Shown here in pieces: positions 53,116-62,160 of a stretch of 64,000 nucleotides of DNA. A program made the translations under genes and the position numbers. The stretch spans positions 145,155-209,154 of the forward strand of contig JAJDDJ010000002.1 in the NCBI GenBank assembly GCA_029260395.1, read 5' to 3'. The number at the start of each line of letters is the position of its first letter. The first letter of the stretch is position 1. The DNA comes from Phycisphaerales bacterium. Lineage in GTDB: Bacteria; Planctomycetota; Phycisphaerae; Phycisphaerales; UBA1924. The notes below the pieces were generated by a model that had not been told where the DNA came from, made no database searches, and was given only the letters and a program-made list of their open reading frames with translations.

Positions 53116-54060
53116 TCAGTCCGCAGGAGGGGCCGCAGATGGACCACTCAGCGGCTGGGGCGACGGGCCCTCGGGGGCGGCTTGGTCCTCTGCCGGGGGG
53201 GCGGCTGGCCGCTCGGCCCAGACGGCTCCCTGAGCGATCCACTCGCGGAGGATCTCGATATCACTTTCTTCGAGCGGGTCGTCGCCCTCGGGCATTCGAA
53301 TGTCCGGGTGTTCGCCTGTGATTGTCTGGAAAAGCAGACTCGCAACAGGATCGCCCGGCACGATGGCAGGACCGCTCTCGCCGCCCGCGAGAAGGCCTGC
53401 AGGCGTGGAGAGATCGAGGTCGGCATCGGGCCGATCACCCACGGTGTGGCAGCCCATGCACCGGTCGTAGAGCAGCGGGTAGACCGCGGTCACAAAGAAC
53501 TCACCGCGCGGATCAGCGAGCGTGATGTGTTGCTGGGGGTCTGTGCCTTCGCTGCCTTGTATGTCGTCGATGGTTACGGGGTTGGGCGTGCCCACGCCGA
53601 AGTCGTACACGAGCGAGCCACCCAGGTGCGCGGCGTACGAAGTCCAGCCCGCGCCGCCCACGGCGGCGAGCAGCGTTGCGACCTTGCTGATCTTGGCGAA
53701 GCGCGGGGCTTTGGCCAGGCCGCCCAGGCACAGCACGCTCGCGGCCAGTGCGAAGTACCAGATCTTCTCGGCGGCCTCTTCGTGCTCGTGGATCTGCTCG
53801 CGGATGGTCTGAGGCGGCGAACCGACGCGGCCCTCTGCTGGCTCGCCGCTGAGCACGCCGCCCCAAGCCGCTGCGATGAGCAAGACGTAGATGCTGAGCG
53901 TGACGACCACCGGTGCCCGTCCGAGCTTGGTGCAGAGGCTGAGTGCGGCGGGGATCAGGCCGAGCATCGCGAGCGCGACCGGAAGGTGGACGAGCGCGGC
54001 GTGTCGCATCTGCGGATCGGAGAACACATCGAACATCGAAGAAGCAGCGGGGGTCGTCAT
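53116..54060 (-). CDS. membrane protein with N-terminal multi-TM region and C-terminal Planctomycete-cytochrome-C (PSCyt1-like) domain
   Basis: Four or five TM segments, then YPLLYDRCMGCHTVG...LDLSTPAGLLAGGESGPAIVPGDPVASLLFQTI (CxxCH haem-binding motif). Confidence 0.75.
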   Translation of the reverse strand: MTTPAASSMFDVFSDPQMRHAALVHLPVALAMLGLIPAALSLCTKLGRAPVVVTLSIYVLLIAAAWGGVLSGEPAEGRVGSPPQTIREQIHEHEEAAEKIWYFALAASVLCLGGLAKAPRFAKISKVATLLAAVGGAGWTSYAAHLGGSLVYDFGVGTPNPVTIDDIQGSEGTDPQQHITLADPRGEFFVTAVYPLLYDRCMGCHTVGDRPDADLDLSTPAGLLAGGESGPAIVPGDPVASLLFQTITGEHPDIRMPEGDDPLEESDIEILREWIAQGAVWAERPAAPPAEDQAAPEGPSPQPLSGPSAAPPAD

Positions 54061-54159
54061 AGAGGAGGTTTACCTTGAACGGGCGGCGTGGATGCTCGGG
54101 CGCGAGCGATTGAGCGTAGTGGAAGCGGGCCGGGCGTGCTTCGCGCCCGCGGTGAGCCG

Positions 54160-54726
54160 CTAGCGCTCCATGGCGGCGAGCTTTCGCTTGTTGCTCCGCA
54201 GGTCGCCCGGGTTCATTTTGTCGATGATGAGAACGCCGTCGAGGTGGTCATTCTCGTGCTGCCAGCAGCGAGCGAGCAGGCCCGCCCCAACGCGGGTGAA
54301 GGTGTTGCCATCGCGGTCGAGCGCGGTGATTCGGACGGTCTCGGGCCTGAGCACATCGCCGCGAATATCCGGCAGACTCAGGCAGCCCTCGTTGAAAGGG
54401 GTGACCTGTCGGTCCACAAACTCGATGACGGGGTTGATGTAGACCTCCGGGCCAGTGGTCGAGGTGAGCACCGGCTCGCTGCCCATCGCGGGGGCTGGCG
54501 GTGGCGGAGCTTCGGGGTCTTCGGGCACATCGGCGACGAACATGCGGACGGTCAGTCCTACCTGCTGGGCGGCCAGGCCGACTCCTTCGTGCTCGACCAT
54601 GAGTTCGATCATGCGACCCGCTAGCTCTCGGACACGGTCATCCACGGCCTCGATGGGCTGGGCCTTGATCCTCAGGATCGGCTGCGGGTAGTACTGAAGT
54701 GCGAGTTGGCTCGGTTCGGGCAGCAC
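54160..54726 (-). CDS. def: peptide deformylase
   Basis: EGCLSLP and QHENDHLDG metal-binding motifs. GVGLAAQQVG. Confidence 0.9.
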   Translation of the reverse strand: MLPEPSQLALQYYPQPILRIKAQPIEAVDDRVRELAGRMIELMVEHEGVGLAAQQVGLTVRMFVADVPEDPEAPPPPAPAMGSEPVLTSTTGPEVYINPVIEFVDRQVTPFNEGCLSLPDIRGDVLRPETVRITALDRDGNTFTRVGAGLLARCWQHENDHLDGVLIIDKMNPGDLRSNKRKLAAMER

Positions 54727-54907
54727 GGGGCATGGTAGAGTGCCGAAACCGGCCCGTCAGCGCCCGGATGAGCAGGCGAGCAAGTCAGCGGTGGGCGTGG
54801 CGAGAGGGGCAGACGGGGAGCGATCGGCTACGATGGAGGCTGCACCGGGCTGCAACCGGTTGGGTATGGGTTCAGGACCGGATTCGGTCAGCGAGAGGAC
54901 GGAGCGC

Positions 54908-56431
54908 GTGGCTTTATTCGGCAAGAAGAAGAAGGGCGACGAAGGCGAGGCCGAGGGGTCGGCGGATGCCGAGGTCGAGCAGCTCGATGTGGGCACGCTC
55001 CAGGTCCAGCCAGACAAAGCTCGCCAGTTCTTTGACCGGGCCAAGGCCATCGAGCAGACCGGCCAGAATGAGTACGCGCTGACGCTCTGGATCGGCGGGT
55101 TGAGGCTGGACCCCAACCACGAGCCCGCGATGGAGAAGGTCGTTGGTCTTGCTTCTCTCGTGTCCCAGAAGAACAAGGGCAAGCCGACGAAAGACTCGCT
55201 CGCGGCCACGCAAGGCGGCAAGGCCGAGCACAAGGTCATCAACAAGTGGCTCGACGCGCTCGTGCGGTGGGGGGCCAAGCTCAACGATCCAATCGCTGCA
55301 GTGCGGGCGTGCGAACTGGCGGGCAAGCTCTCGCTCGGAGAGCAGACATACTGGATCGGCGAGAAAGCCCTGCGGATCGCGCTTAATGACAAGAAGCCCT
55401 CCAAGGAGCTACTGGTCAAGCTGATGGACGCGTTCTCGAAGGTCGGGGCCTTCGATCTGGCGGTCCAGGCGGGCGATGCGGCCGTACGGCTCGACCCCGC
55501 CGATGGTCCGCTCAGCGCCGAGGTGCGGAACATGTCCGCCCAAGCAACCATGAGCCGAGGCGGGTTTGATCAGACGGGTGAGAAGGGCGGCTTCCGCGCC
55601 AACGTGAAGGACGCGGATAAGCAGCGGCAGCTCGAAGAAGGCGAGCGGCTGGTCAAGACCGACGAGGTCAAGGACAGGCTCGTCAACGAGGCCGAAAAGC
55701 AGTTCCAAGAGCGGCCCGACGACATGCCGTCGATGCAGCAACTCGTCCGCAGGCTTCTCGAACGCGGCAGGCCCGAAGACGAGGAACGCGCCAAAAAGCT
55801 ACTTATGCGAGCCTACGAGCAAACCAAGCAATTTGGCTTCCGACTGGAGGCGGGCAAAATCCATCTTCGTATCGCGGCGCGCACGCTTGAGCAGTACCGG
55901 CTTAACGCCGAGGCCAAGCCCGATGATGCGGCCGCAGTGGGCAAGTACAAAGAGGCTCGCACCAAGTTCCTGCAGATGGAAGTCAGTGAGCTCAAGGCGA
56001 CCGTGGCCGAGTACCCGACCGACCTGCGGTACAAATACGAACTCGGGCGCCGGTACTACTCGCTTGAACTGTACAACGAGGCCATCCCACTCTTGCAGGA
56101 TGCGGCGAGCGACTCCAAAGTGCGGGCCCGCGCTCTGGGCATGCTCGCGCGGTCGTTCAAGGAGATCGACTTCGTTGACGAAGCCGTGCAGACCTTCCGC
56201 GACGCGGTCGAGGCGCACCCCATACCCGACGACGAGACCGGCATGGACCTGCGGTACGGGCTGATGGAATCGCTCCGCGCCAAGGCCGAGGAGGAGCAGG
56301 AGCTTGAGGCCGCCAAAGAGGCCGAGAAGATTGCTTCCTCCATCGCGATCAAGCAGATCGACTTCCGCGACATCCGCGACCAACGGGTGAGCCTCAAGGA
56401 ACTCGTCCGCACGCTGCGGGACTCAGGCTGA
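54908..56431 (+). CDS. TPR-repeat protein (start uncertain; GTG 54908 preferred over ORF-track 54740)
   Basis: AGGACGGAG lies before GTG 54908 (VALFGKKKKGDEGE...). Helical repeat content throughout. Confidence 0.65.
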   Translation: MALFGKKKKGDEGEAEGSADAEVEQLDVGTLQVQPDKARQFFDRAKAIEQTGQNEYALTLWIGGLRLDPNHEPAMEKVVGLASLVSQKNKGKPTKDSLAATQGGKAEHKVINKWLDALVRWGAKLNDPIAAVRACELAGKLSLGEQTYWIGEKALRIALNDKKPSKELLVKLMDAFSKVGAFDLAVQAGDAAVRLDPADGPLSAEVRNMSAQATMSRGGFDQTGEKGGFRANVKDADKQRQLEEGERLVKTDEVKDRLVNEAEKQFQERPDDMPSMQQLVRRLLERGRPEDEERAKKLLMRAYEQTKQFGFRLEAGKIHLRIAARTLEQYRLNAEAKPDDAAAVGKYKEARTKFLQMEVSELKATVAEYPTDLRYKYELGRRYYSLELYNEAIPLLQDAASDSKVRARALGMLARSFKEIDFVDEAVQTFRDAVEAHPIPDDETGMDLRYGLMESLRAKAEEEQELEAAKEAEKIASSIAIKQIDFRDIRDQRVSLKELVRTLRDSG

Positions 56432-56437
56432 TCCGCC

Positions 56438-57247
56438 GTGAAGCAACCAGTTAAAGCCATCGCGATCATCCCGGCCCGGTTGGGATCGGTGCGGTTCCCA
56501 CGCAAGGTGCTCGCGGCCGAGACCGGCAGGCCGATGGTGCTGCACGTTTGTGAGCACGCCGCCAAAGCGAAACTCGTGAGCAAGGTCGTGGTCGCCACCG
56601 ACGCGGACGAGGTCGCGGAAGCCGTGCGCTCGGCTGGCTACGAGGTGGTGCTCACGAGCCCCGACCACCCCAACGGCACAAGCCGGCTTGCCGAGGCAGC
56701 AGCCAAGCTCGGCTTGAAACCCAGCGCGATCGTTGTCAATGTGCAGGGCGATGAGCCGGAGATCGAGCCGAACCTGATTGACGGGGCGATCGAGGCTGCG
56801 AGTTGCGCGCTTGGTTGGTCCCACGCCGACCCGCCCGTCGCGGTCGGGACGGTGGCCTCGCCGCTGGCGGACGCGGATCAAATCGCCAGCCCGAACATCG
56901 TCAAGGTCGTCTGCGGCGCGGCAGACGGTCCGGACGGGGAGGTGGGCATTCGGCGCGCGATGTACTTCTCGCGTTCAGCCATTCCCCACGACCGCGACGG
57001 CGACGGGCATGGGGGTTACCTCAGGCACGCTGGGGTGTACGCCTACACGCGGGCCTCGCTGGAGTGCTATCTGACGCTGGCCGAGACACCCTGCGAGTTG
57101 GCCGAGCGGCTTGAGCAGCTCCGCTGGCTGGAGCATTCGGTGCCGATCGGGGTCGCTGAGCGGGATTCCGAGTTTGGCGGCATCGACACGCCCGAGCAGT
57201 ACGCAGCGTTCGTCGAGCGGTGGAGAGCGCGGCAGTCTGGGCTCTGA
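56438..57247 (+). CDS. kdsB: 3-deoxy-manno-octulosonate cytidylyltransferase (CMP-KDO synthetase)
   Basis: AIAIIPARLGSVRFPRKVL, NVQGDEP and LEQLRWLE motifs. Confidence 0.9.
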   Translation: MKQPVKAIAIIPARLGSVRFPRKVLAAETGRPMVLHVCEHAAKAKLVSKVVVATDADEVAEAVRSAGYEVVLTSPDHPNGTSRLAEAAAKLGLKPSAIVVNVQGDEPEIEPNLIDGAIEAASCALGWSHADPPVAVGTVASPLADADQIASPNIVKVVCGAADGPDGEVGIRRAMYFSRSAIPHDRDGDGHGGYLRHAGVYAYTRASLECYLTLAETPCELAERLEQLRWLEHSVPIGVAERDSEFGGIDTPEQYAAFVERWRARQSGL

Positions 57248-57298
57248 AGGGGGCTGAAAGCCTTCCGCACGGCTCGGCCCGCTTTGATACACTGGGAC

Positions 57299-59269
57299 AT
57301 GCCCGAACCCAGTCAGCCGTCCAAGCGTGGATCCCAGCATCCGACCGCGGCGACCCGCCCGGATGATGAAGCCGACGGCTCCGGGCTGCTCGCCAAGGCG
57401 GGCGCTTCTTCCCACTCCACCGAGTTCTATTCGCCGATCCCCTCTGGCTACGTCAAGGGCCGGCACAAGTACGTCATCGTGCTGGGCACGGTGATGAGCG
57501 GGCTGGGCAAGGGCATCTTCGCTTCCAGCTTGGCGCGCATGCTCAAAGACAAAGGCCTGTGCGTGGCTCCGATCAAACTCGAAGGCTACCTCAACATCGA
57601 TTCGGGCACGCTCAACCCGTATCGCCATGGCGAGGTGTTCGTGCTCGATGATGGAACCGAGTGCGACATGGACTTGGGCACGTACGAACGGATGCTCGAC
57701 CAGAACTTGTCGACGGTCAACTTCACCACGTCGGGGCGCATCTACTCTGAGATCCTCAACCGCGAGCGCCAGGGTGCGTACCTCGGGCGCGATGTGCAGA
57801 TGATCCCGCACGTCACGGGCGAGGTGAAACGCAAGCTCCGCCAGCTGGCGATGCGGGGCGACGGCGAACGGCCCGCCGATGTGGTATTTGTCGAAGTCGG
57901 CGGCACGGTGGGGGACTACGAGAACCTGTTTTACATAGAAGCGCTCCGCGAACTGGCCTTTGAAGAGGGCGAGAACGCGGTGTGCTTTGTGGCGCTGACG
58001 TACGTGATTGAGCCGCCCACGCTGGGTGAGCAGAAATCAAAGCCCGCACAGCTGGGCATCAAGCGGCTGCTCGAAGCTGGCATTCAGCCGCACATCCTCG
58101 CCTGCAGGGCGACAAGGCCAGTGCAACCCTCGGTGCTCGAGAAAATCGCGATGTTCTCGAACGTGCCGCTGCACCGGGTGTTCAGCCTGCACGACCGCGA
58201 GAGCATCTACCAGATTCCCGAAGAAATGCGATCAGAAGGCCTCGACCGGGAGATTCTCTCCAAGCTGGACCTGCACGGATCTGTGGATGCCGTGCACGAG
58301 GACAACGCCCGCCAGCGATGGGCCTCGTTTACGTCGTCGCTCAGGCGCCGCCCAGAGTGGAGAGTCCGTATTGGGGTCGCGGGCAAGTACTCCGAGCTGC
58401 GCGATGCCTACGCCTCGATCGACAAGGCACTCGAGCACTGCGGCGCGCACCACGGGTGCGAGATCGAGCAAGTGTGGCTCGATACATCAACGATCACGCC
58501 GGACAATACAGAGCAGACCCTCGAAGGCCTTGATGCGATCATCGTGCCCGGCGGGTTTGGCAGCCGGGGTGTAGCGGGCAAGATGGAGTGCGCTCGGCAC
58601 GCTCGGCTCAGCAGGCTGCCCTACCTCGGGATCTGCCTGGGCTTTCAGGTCGCGGTCGTCGAGTTTGCGCGCAGCGTGCTGCGATTGCCTGATGCGAGCA
58701 GCAGTGAGTGGGCCCCCGACGGCGACACGCTGGTCATCAGCGAACTGCCCGACCAGAAGAAGATCGAGGGGCTGGGCGGCACGATGCGGCTAGGTGGACA
58801 GGCCGTGCAGATCACGCCCGACTCGCTCGCTGCTTTCCTGTACCAAGAGCGACTCGACCGCCAAGCCGACGGCAGGCTGACCGTTCGCGAGCGCTTCCGC
58901 CACCGATACGAGGTCGAGCCCGCGTTCATCGAACGGCTTGAGGCCAGCGGGCTGACTTTCTCAGGCAGGCACCCGTCGTCGCCCATTATGCAGGTGCTCG
59001 AGCTACCCTTTGGCGTACGAAGCGAAGCTGACAAGGACGATCCGCGTTCGAGCATCACGCACCCGTACTTTGTGGCGGCGCAGTTCCACCCCGAGCTCAC
59101 GGGTCGGCCGCTGCGGCCGCAGCCGATGTTCATGGGCCTCGTGGCGGCGGCGCTGCACAGGCGATACGCCGGTCAAGGCGATGCCTGGCCCAAGATTAAG
59201 GACACGCCGGTCATGAAGCGGTGGCTTCGCCCCGAGCTGCGCCAGGTTCAGCAGCACGTCCAGCGTTAG
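57299..59269 (+). CDS. pyrG: CTP synthase (long form)
   Basis: KYVIVLGTVMSGLGKGI, DLGTYERM and the GATase triad region GICLGFQ...HRYEV...FHPE. Confidence 0.95.
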   Translation: MPEPSQPSKRGSQHPTAATRPDDEADGSGLLAKAGASSHSTEFYSPIPSGYVKGRHKYVIVLGTVMSGLGKGIFASSLARMLKDKGLCVAPIKLEGYLNIDSGTLNPYRHGEVFVLDDGTECDMDLGTYERMLDQNLSTVNFTTSGRIYSEILNRERQGAYLGRDVQMIPHVTGEVKRKLRQLAMRGDGERPADVVFVEVGGTVGDYENLFYIEALRELAFEEGENAVCFVALTYVIEPPTLGEQKSKPAQLGIKRLLEAGIQPHILACRATRPVQPSVLEKIAMFSNVPLHRVFSLHDRESIYQIPEEMRSEGLDREILSKLDLHGSVDAVHEDNARQRWASFTSSLRRRPEWRVRIGVAGKYSELRDAYASIDKALEHCGAHHGCEIEQVWLDTSTITPDNTEQTLEGLDAIIVPGGFGSRGVAGKMECARHARLSRLPYLGICLGFQVAVVEFARSVLRLPDASSSEWAPDGDTLVISELPDQKKIEGLGGTMRLGGQAVQITPDSLAAFLYQERLDRQADGRLTVRERFRHRYEVEPAFIERLEASGLTFSGRHPSSPIMQVLELPFGVRSEADKDDPRSSITHPYFVAAQFHPELTGRPLRPQPMFMGLVAAALHRRYAGQGDAWPKIKDTPVMKRWLRPELRQVQQHVQR

Positions 59270-59317
59270 CTGAGCGCTTCGAGTTCTGGCGAGCCGGGAC
59301 CGCGCAGGAGCGGTCTT

Positions 59318-59992
59318 TCAGACCTCCAACGCGAGCGCCTCGGCTGCGTCAAGCAGGATGGCGGCCGAAACCGCTTCGGGCGTGCCCCCGCCGGTCATGC
59401 GCGCATTGTGGTAGAGCGTCTGGGCGTGCAGGTCGGCGTGCGCCCAAAGAGGGTCCATCGAGAGGACGACAAACACATGTGCTGCCCACGGCCTGTTGGT
59501 CGCGTTGTCCGGCTGGAGTTCCTCGACGTGCCATGCGGCGGCGTCCAGCGCGCGATGGCGCAGACCTACATCATTGCGGAGCGCTGCGATCCACCACAGC
59601 GCGTGCAGGCCTCGCAGCTCGGTGAGTGTCCATGACTCGATGCCTTCGCGCGATCCATCGGGCCAGAGCGGGCCAAGTGCGTCCGAGAACAGGCCAGCCG
59701 TGTTCAGCAAGGGATCGAGGACCGCGTGCCAGAGCCTTGAGTCGACCGATGCCGGTGCTGGGGGCTCTGGGAGCCGCTGCACGCCGAACAGCCGGGCCAG
59801 CAGGGCGCTGTTGGCCCAGTGGTGCTGGCCTGAGGCATCGCGGTAAGCCAGAAGGGCTTCGAGTGAACGGAAGTCATCGCCCAATAGAGGGCTTTCCCGC
59901 AGGCCTGCCTGGCCTGCCAAATGAAATCGCCGGTGCCAATCGGCGAGCGGGGCGGGCAGTCGGTGAGTTGGTTCTTTTCGGGACGGGTCCAC
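59318..59992 (-). CDS. hypothetical protein (Trp/Leu-rich, probably all-helical)
   Basis: 224-aa GC3-rich ORF. No family recognised. Confidence 0.5.
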   Translation of the reverse strand: MDPSRKEPTHRLPAPLADWHRRFHLAGQAGLRESPLLGDDFRSLEALLAYRDASGQHHWANSALLARLFGVQRLPEPPAPASVDSRLWHAVLDPLLNTAGLFSDALGPLWPDGSREGIESWTLTELRGLHALWWIAALRNDVGLRHRALDAAAWHVEELQPDNATNRPWAAHVFVVLSMDPLWAHADLHAQTLYHNARMTGGGTPEAVSAAILLDAAEALALEV

Positions 59993-60072
59993 GGCGGTAA
60001 TCTAGGACGATGGCTGGGAGAGATACACAGTTGGTGCGCCGTGCGCCCGTGCGAGGCTTTCGGGCTCGGCCA

Positions 60073-60288
60073 ATGGACCCTCGGCGGAGGCGATGCGTGG
60101 CGTGCGGGTTTGACGACCAGGCGTTTCAGTCACGCGGACCCCTCAAGTGGTACGTGTGCGATTCCTGCGGCTGCGACTTGTACGTCAGGCCGCCACGCAG
60201 CTACCACGAGATGGAGGGGATAGAGCCACGCCGAGCGAGTCGCGGCCGCGTGCTCGCGCGGCTCTTGCGAGGGATCATCCGCCGATGA
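60073..60288 (+). CDS. possible small zinc-ribbon protein
   Basis: CVAC-N17-CDSC arrangement (RRRCVACGFDDQAFQSRGPLKWYVCDSCGCDLYV). Short, no clear RBS, and the 3' end overlaps the convergent glycosyltransferase. Confidence 0.3.
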   Translation: MDPRRRRCVACGFDDQAFQSRGPLKWYVCDSCGCDLYVRPPRSYHEMEGIEPRRASRGRVLARLLRGIIRR

Positions 60289-61153
60289 TTTCGATCGATG
60301 GCTCGGCCTGCTCATCGGGCGTTGACCAGCCGAGATGCGCGCTCGCGGGTCGCTTCTGTGCGAACAGTGCGTAGCCCGGCGCGGATGTGGGCCGCTTGGG
60401 CGCGCGCGTCGGGTGCCAGAGGTGGAACGCGAACGCTTGATGGGTAAGCACGGCCCACTCGGGCAATGGGCGGAGCCGGTTCAGGCGGCTTGCGAGGTCG
60501 TCGTCGTCGTAGCCGTAGCCGATGTACGCCTCGTCGTACCCGTTGATGGTGCGCAGCAGGCCCGCGAGAACGGCGTGATGCCCGCCGAGCAGCTTGGGCT
60601 TGTGGCGTTTTTGGAACCAGCGGGCGACGGGCGTGGCACGCACGCCGAGCTGGCGTTGGTGCCTGCGGTCGCGATGGGCAAGGCGCTCTCGCTGCTGGGG
60701 CGTGGTCCATGCGTCGGTCTCGGCGAGGGCGCCCTGACGGATCGCGTGCTCGGTCAGCTCGGAGGTCTTGGCTTCGGTGAGGTCGAAGCGGTGGGCGGTG
60801 GTGACGCCGACGGCGTGCTTGCGATGGATGGCCAGGGCCGAGGGGTGGAGGGCGGTGTCGCCATCGAGCACGAGCACGAGGTCGTCATTCCGCAGGGCGG
60901 ATGATCGGTCGAGCGCGCGCAGGGCGTTGTTGCGGACCTGGTTGAGGCTGGCGACATCGCGGTGCGGCCGCATGGTAACGATGAGCGGCGGTCCGCCGGC
61001 GTTGGCGGGCCACACCCGCCGGGCGAGTTCGAGGATGGCGGGGTCCGTGTTGTCGACGGAGAGGCAGACCGCATCGGGCGGGGAAGTCTGGGTGAGCAGC
61101 GACGCCAGGCAGCACGCCAGGTGCCGAGTGGTGTGGGTGGGCACGGCCACCAT
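60275..61153 (-). CDS. glycosyltransferase family 2-like protein (start uncertain; ATG 61153 or GTG about 30 nt upstream)
   Basis: MVAVPTHTTRHLACCLASLLTQT...VDNTD...LVLVLDGDT...GYGYDDDDLASRL resembles GT2 with the C-terminal galactosyltransferase-type motif. The longer ORF-track start would overlap panC. Confidence 0.7.
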   Translation of the reverse strand: MVAVPTHTTRHLACCLASLLTQTSPPDAVCLSVDNTDPAILELARRVWPANAGGPPLIVTMRPHRDVASLNQVRNNALRALDRSSALRNDDLVLVLDGDTALHPSALAIHRKHAVGVTTAHRFDLTEAKTSELTEHAIRQGALAETDAWTTPQQRERLAHRDRRHQRQLGVRATPVARWFQKRHKPKLLGGHHAVLAGLLRTINGYDEAYIGYGYDDDDLASRLNRLRPLPEWAVLTHQAFAFHLWHPTRAPKRPTSAPGYALFAQKRPASAHLGWSTPDEQAEPSIEIIGG

Positions 61154-61236
61154 GACGCGCTGCTTTGTTGGGCCGGTCAAGACCACCAGCGTAGCGGCTT
61201 GACTCGGCGCGATGGGCGTGCGACGGTGGATGAACC

Positions 61237-62112
61237 ATGCTGGTGCGCACGATCCATGACCTGAGGCCCGCTCCGCACACTCGGCGAGTGCTGGTGCCCA
61301 CGATGGGGGCGCTGCATGTGGGGCATCAACGGTTGATCGAGCGGGCACGGGAGCTCGCGGGCAGCGCCGATTCCGGCGGCGAAGTGGTGGTGTCCGTGTT
61401 TGTGAACCCGTCGCAGTTCAACGAGCCGAGCGACTTCGAGCGATACCCGCGGGATCTGGATCGCGATGTGGCGATGGCGATGGCGGCTGGCGCGAGCTGG
61501 GTGTATGCGCCGGCGGTGGATGAGGTGTACCCACCGGGGGGGCGCGTGGAGGTCGGGGAGCTGCCCTTGGTGGCGACGCAGCCCGGGCTCGAGGACTCGT
61601 TTCGGCCCGGGCACTTTGCGGGGGTTGTGCGGGTGGTCCGCCGACTGTTCGAGTTGGTGGAGCCTGCGTCGGCGTGCTTCGGGGAGAAGGACTGGCAGCA
61701 GCTCGCGGTGGTTCGGGCGATGAGTGAGGCGGAGGGGCTTGGCGTGCGCATCGAGCCGGTGGCCACGGTGCGCGAGGCGAGCGGGCTGGCGATGAGCAGC
61801 CGCAACCGGTTGCTGTCGGCGGCGGGACTCGCTCAGGCCTCGGCGATCGGGCGGGGGCTGCGGTCGGCTCGGGGTGCGGCCACGCCCGGCGAGGCGCAGC
61901 AAGCGATGGTTGAGGCGCTGGCAGAGGTCGAGATCGAGGCGGAATACGCAGCGGTGCGGGACGCCTGGACACTCATGCCTGTCGAGGAGCACCGGGGGCC
62001 GACCGCCCCGGTGCGCGGGCTGGTGGCTGCGTGGGTGGAGGGGGTGCGGCTGATCGACAACGCCGAGGTGTGCGTGGGTGAGGGGCTACCGTTCCATTCG
62101 AACGCAGAATGA
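61237..62112 (+). CDS. panC: pantoate--beta-alanine ligase
   Basis: VPTMGALHVGHQRLIERA, SVFVNPSQF, FGEKDWQQ and LAMSSRN motifs. Confidence 0.9.
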   Translation: MLVRTIHDLRPAPHTRRVLVPTMGALHVGHQRLIERARELAGSADSGGEVVVSVFVNPSQFNEPSDFERYPRDLDRDVAMAMAAGASWVYAPAVDEVYPPGGRVEVGELPLVATQPGLEDSFRPGHFAGVVRVVRRLFELVEPASACFGEKDWQQLAVVRAMSEAEGLGVRIEPVATVREASGLAMSSRNRLLSAAGLAQASAIGRGLRSARGAATPGEAQQAMVEALAEVEIEAEYAAVRDAWTLMPVEEHRGPTAPVRGLVAAWVEGVRLIDNAEVCVGEGLPFHSNAE

Positions 62113-62160
62113 GACCTCCGCCCTACGAACAGAGTGCCCGCGCACGCAGGAGCCAAGCCG

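Noticed and set aside
62113-62160. Glycine riboswitch upstream of gcvT
   Set aside because: The panC-gcvT spacer is only 48 nt, far too short for a glycine riboswitch aptamer.
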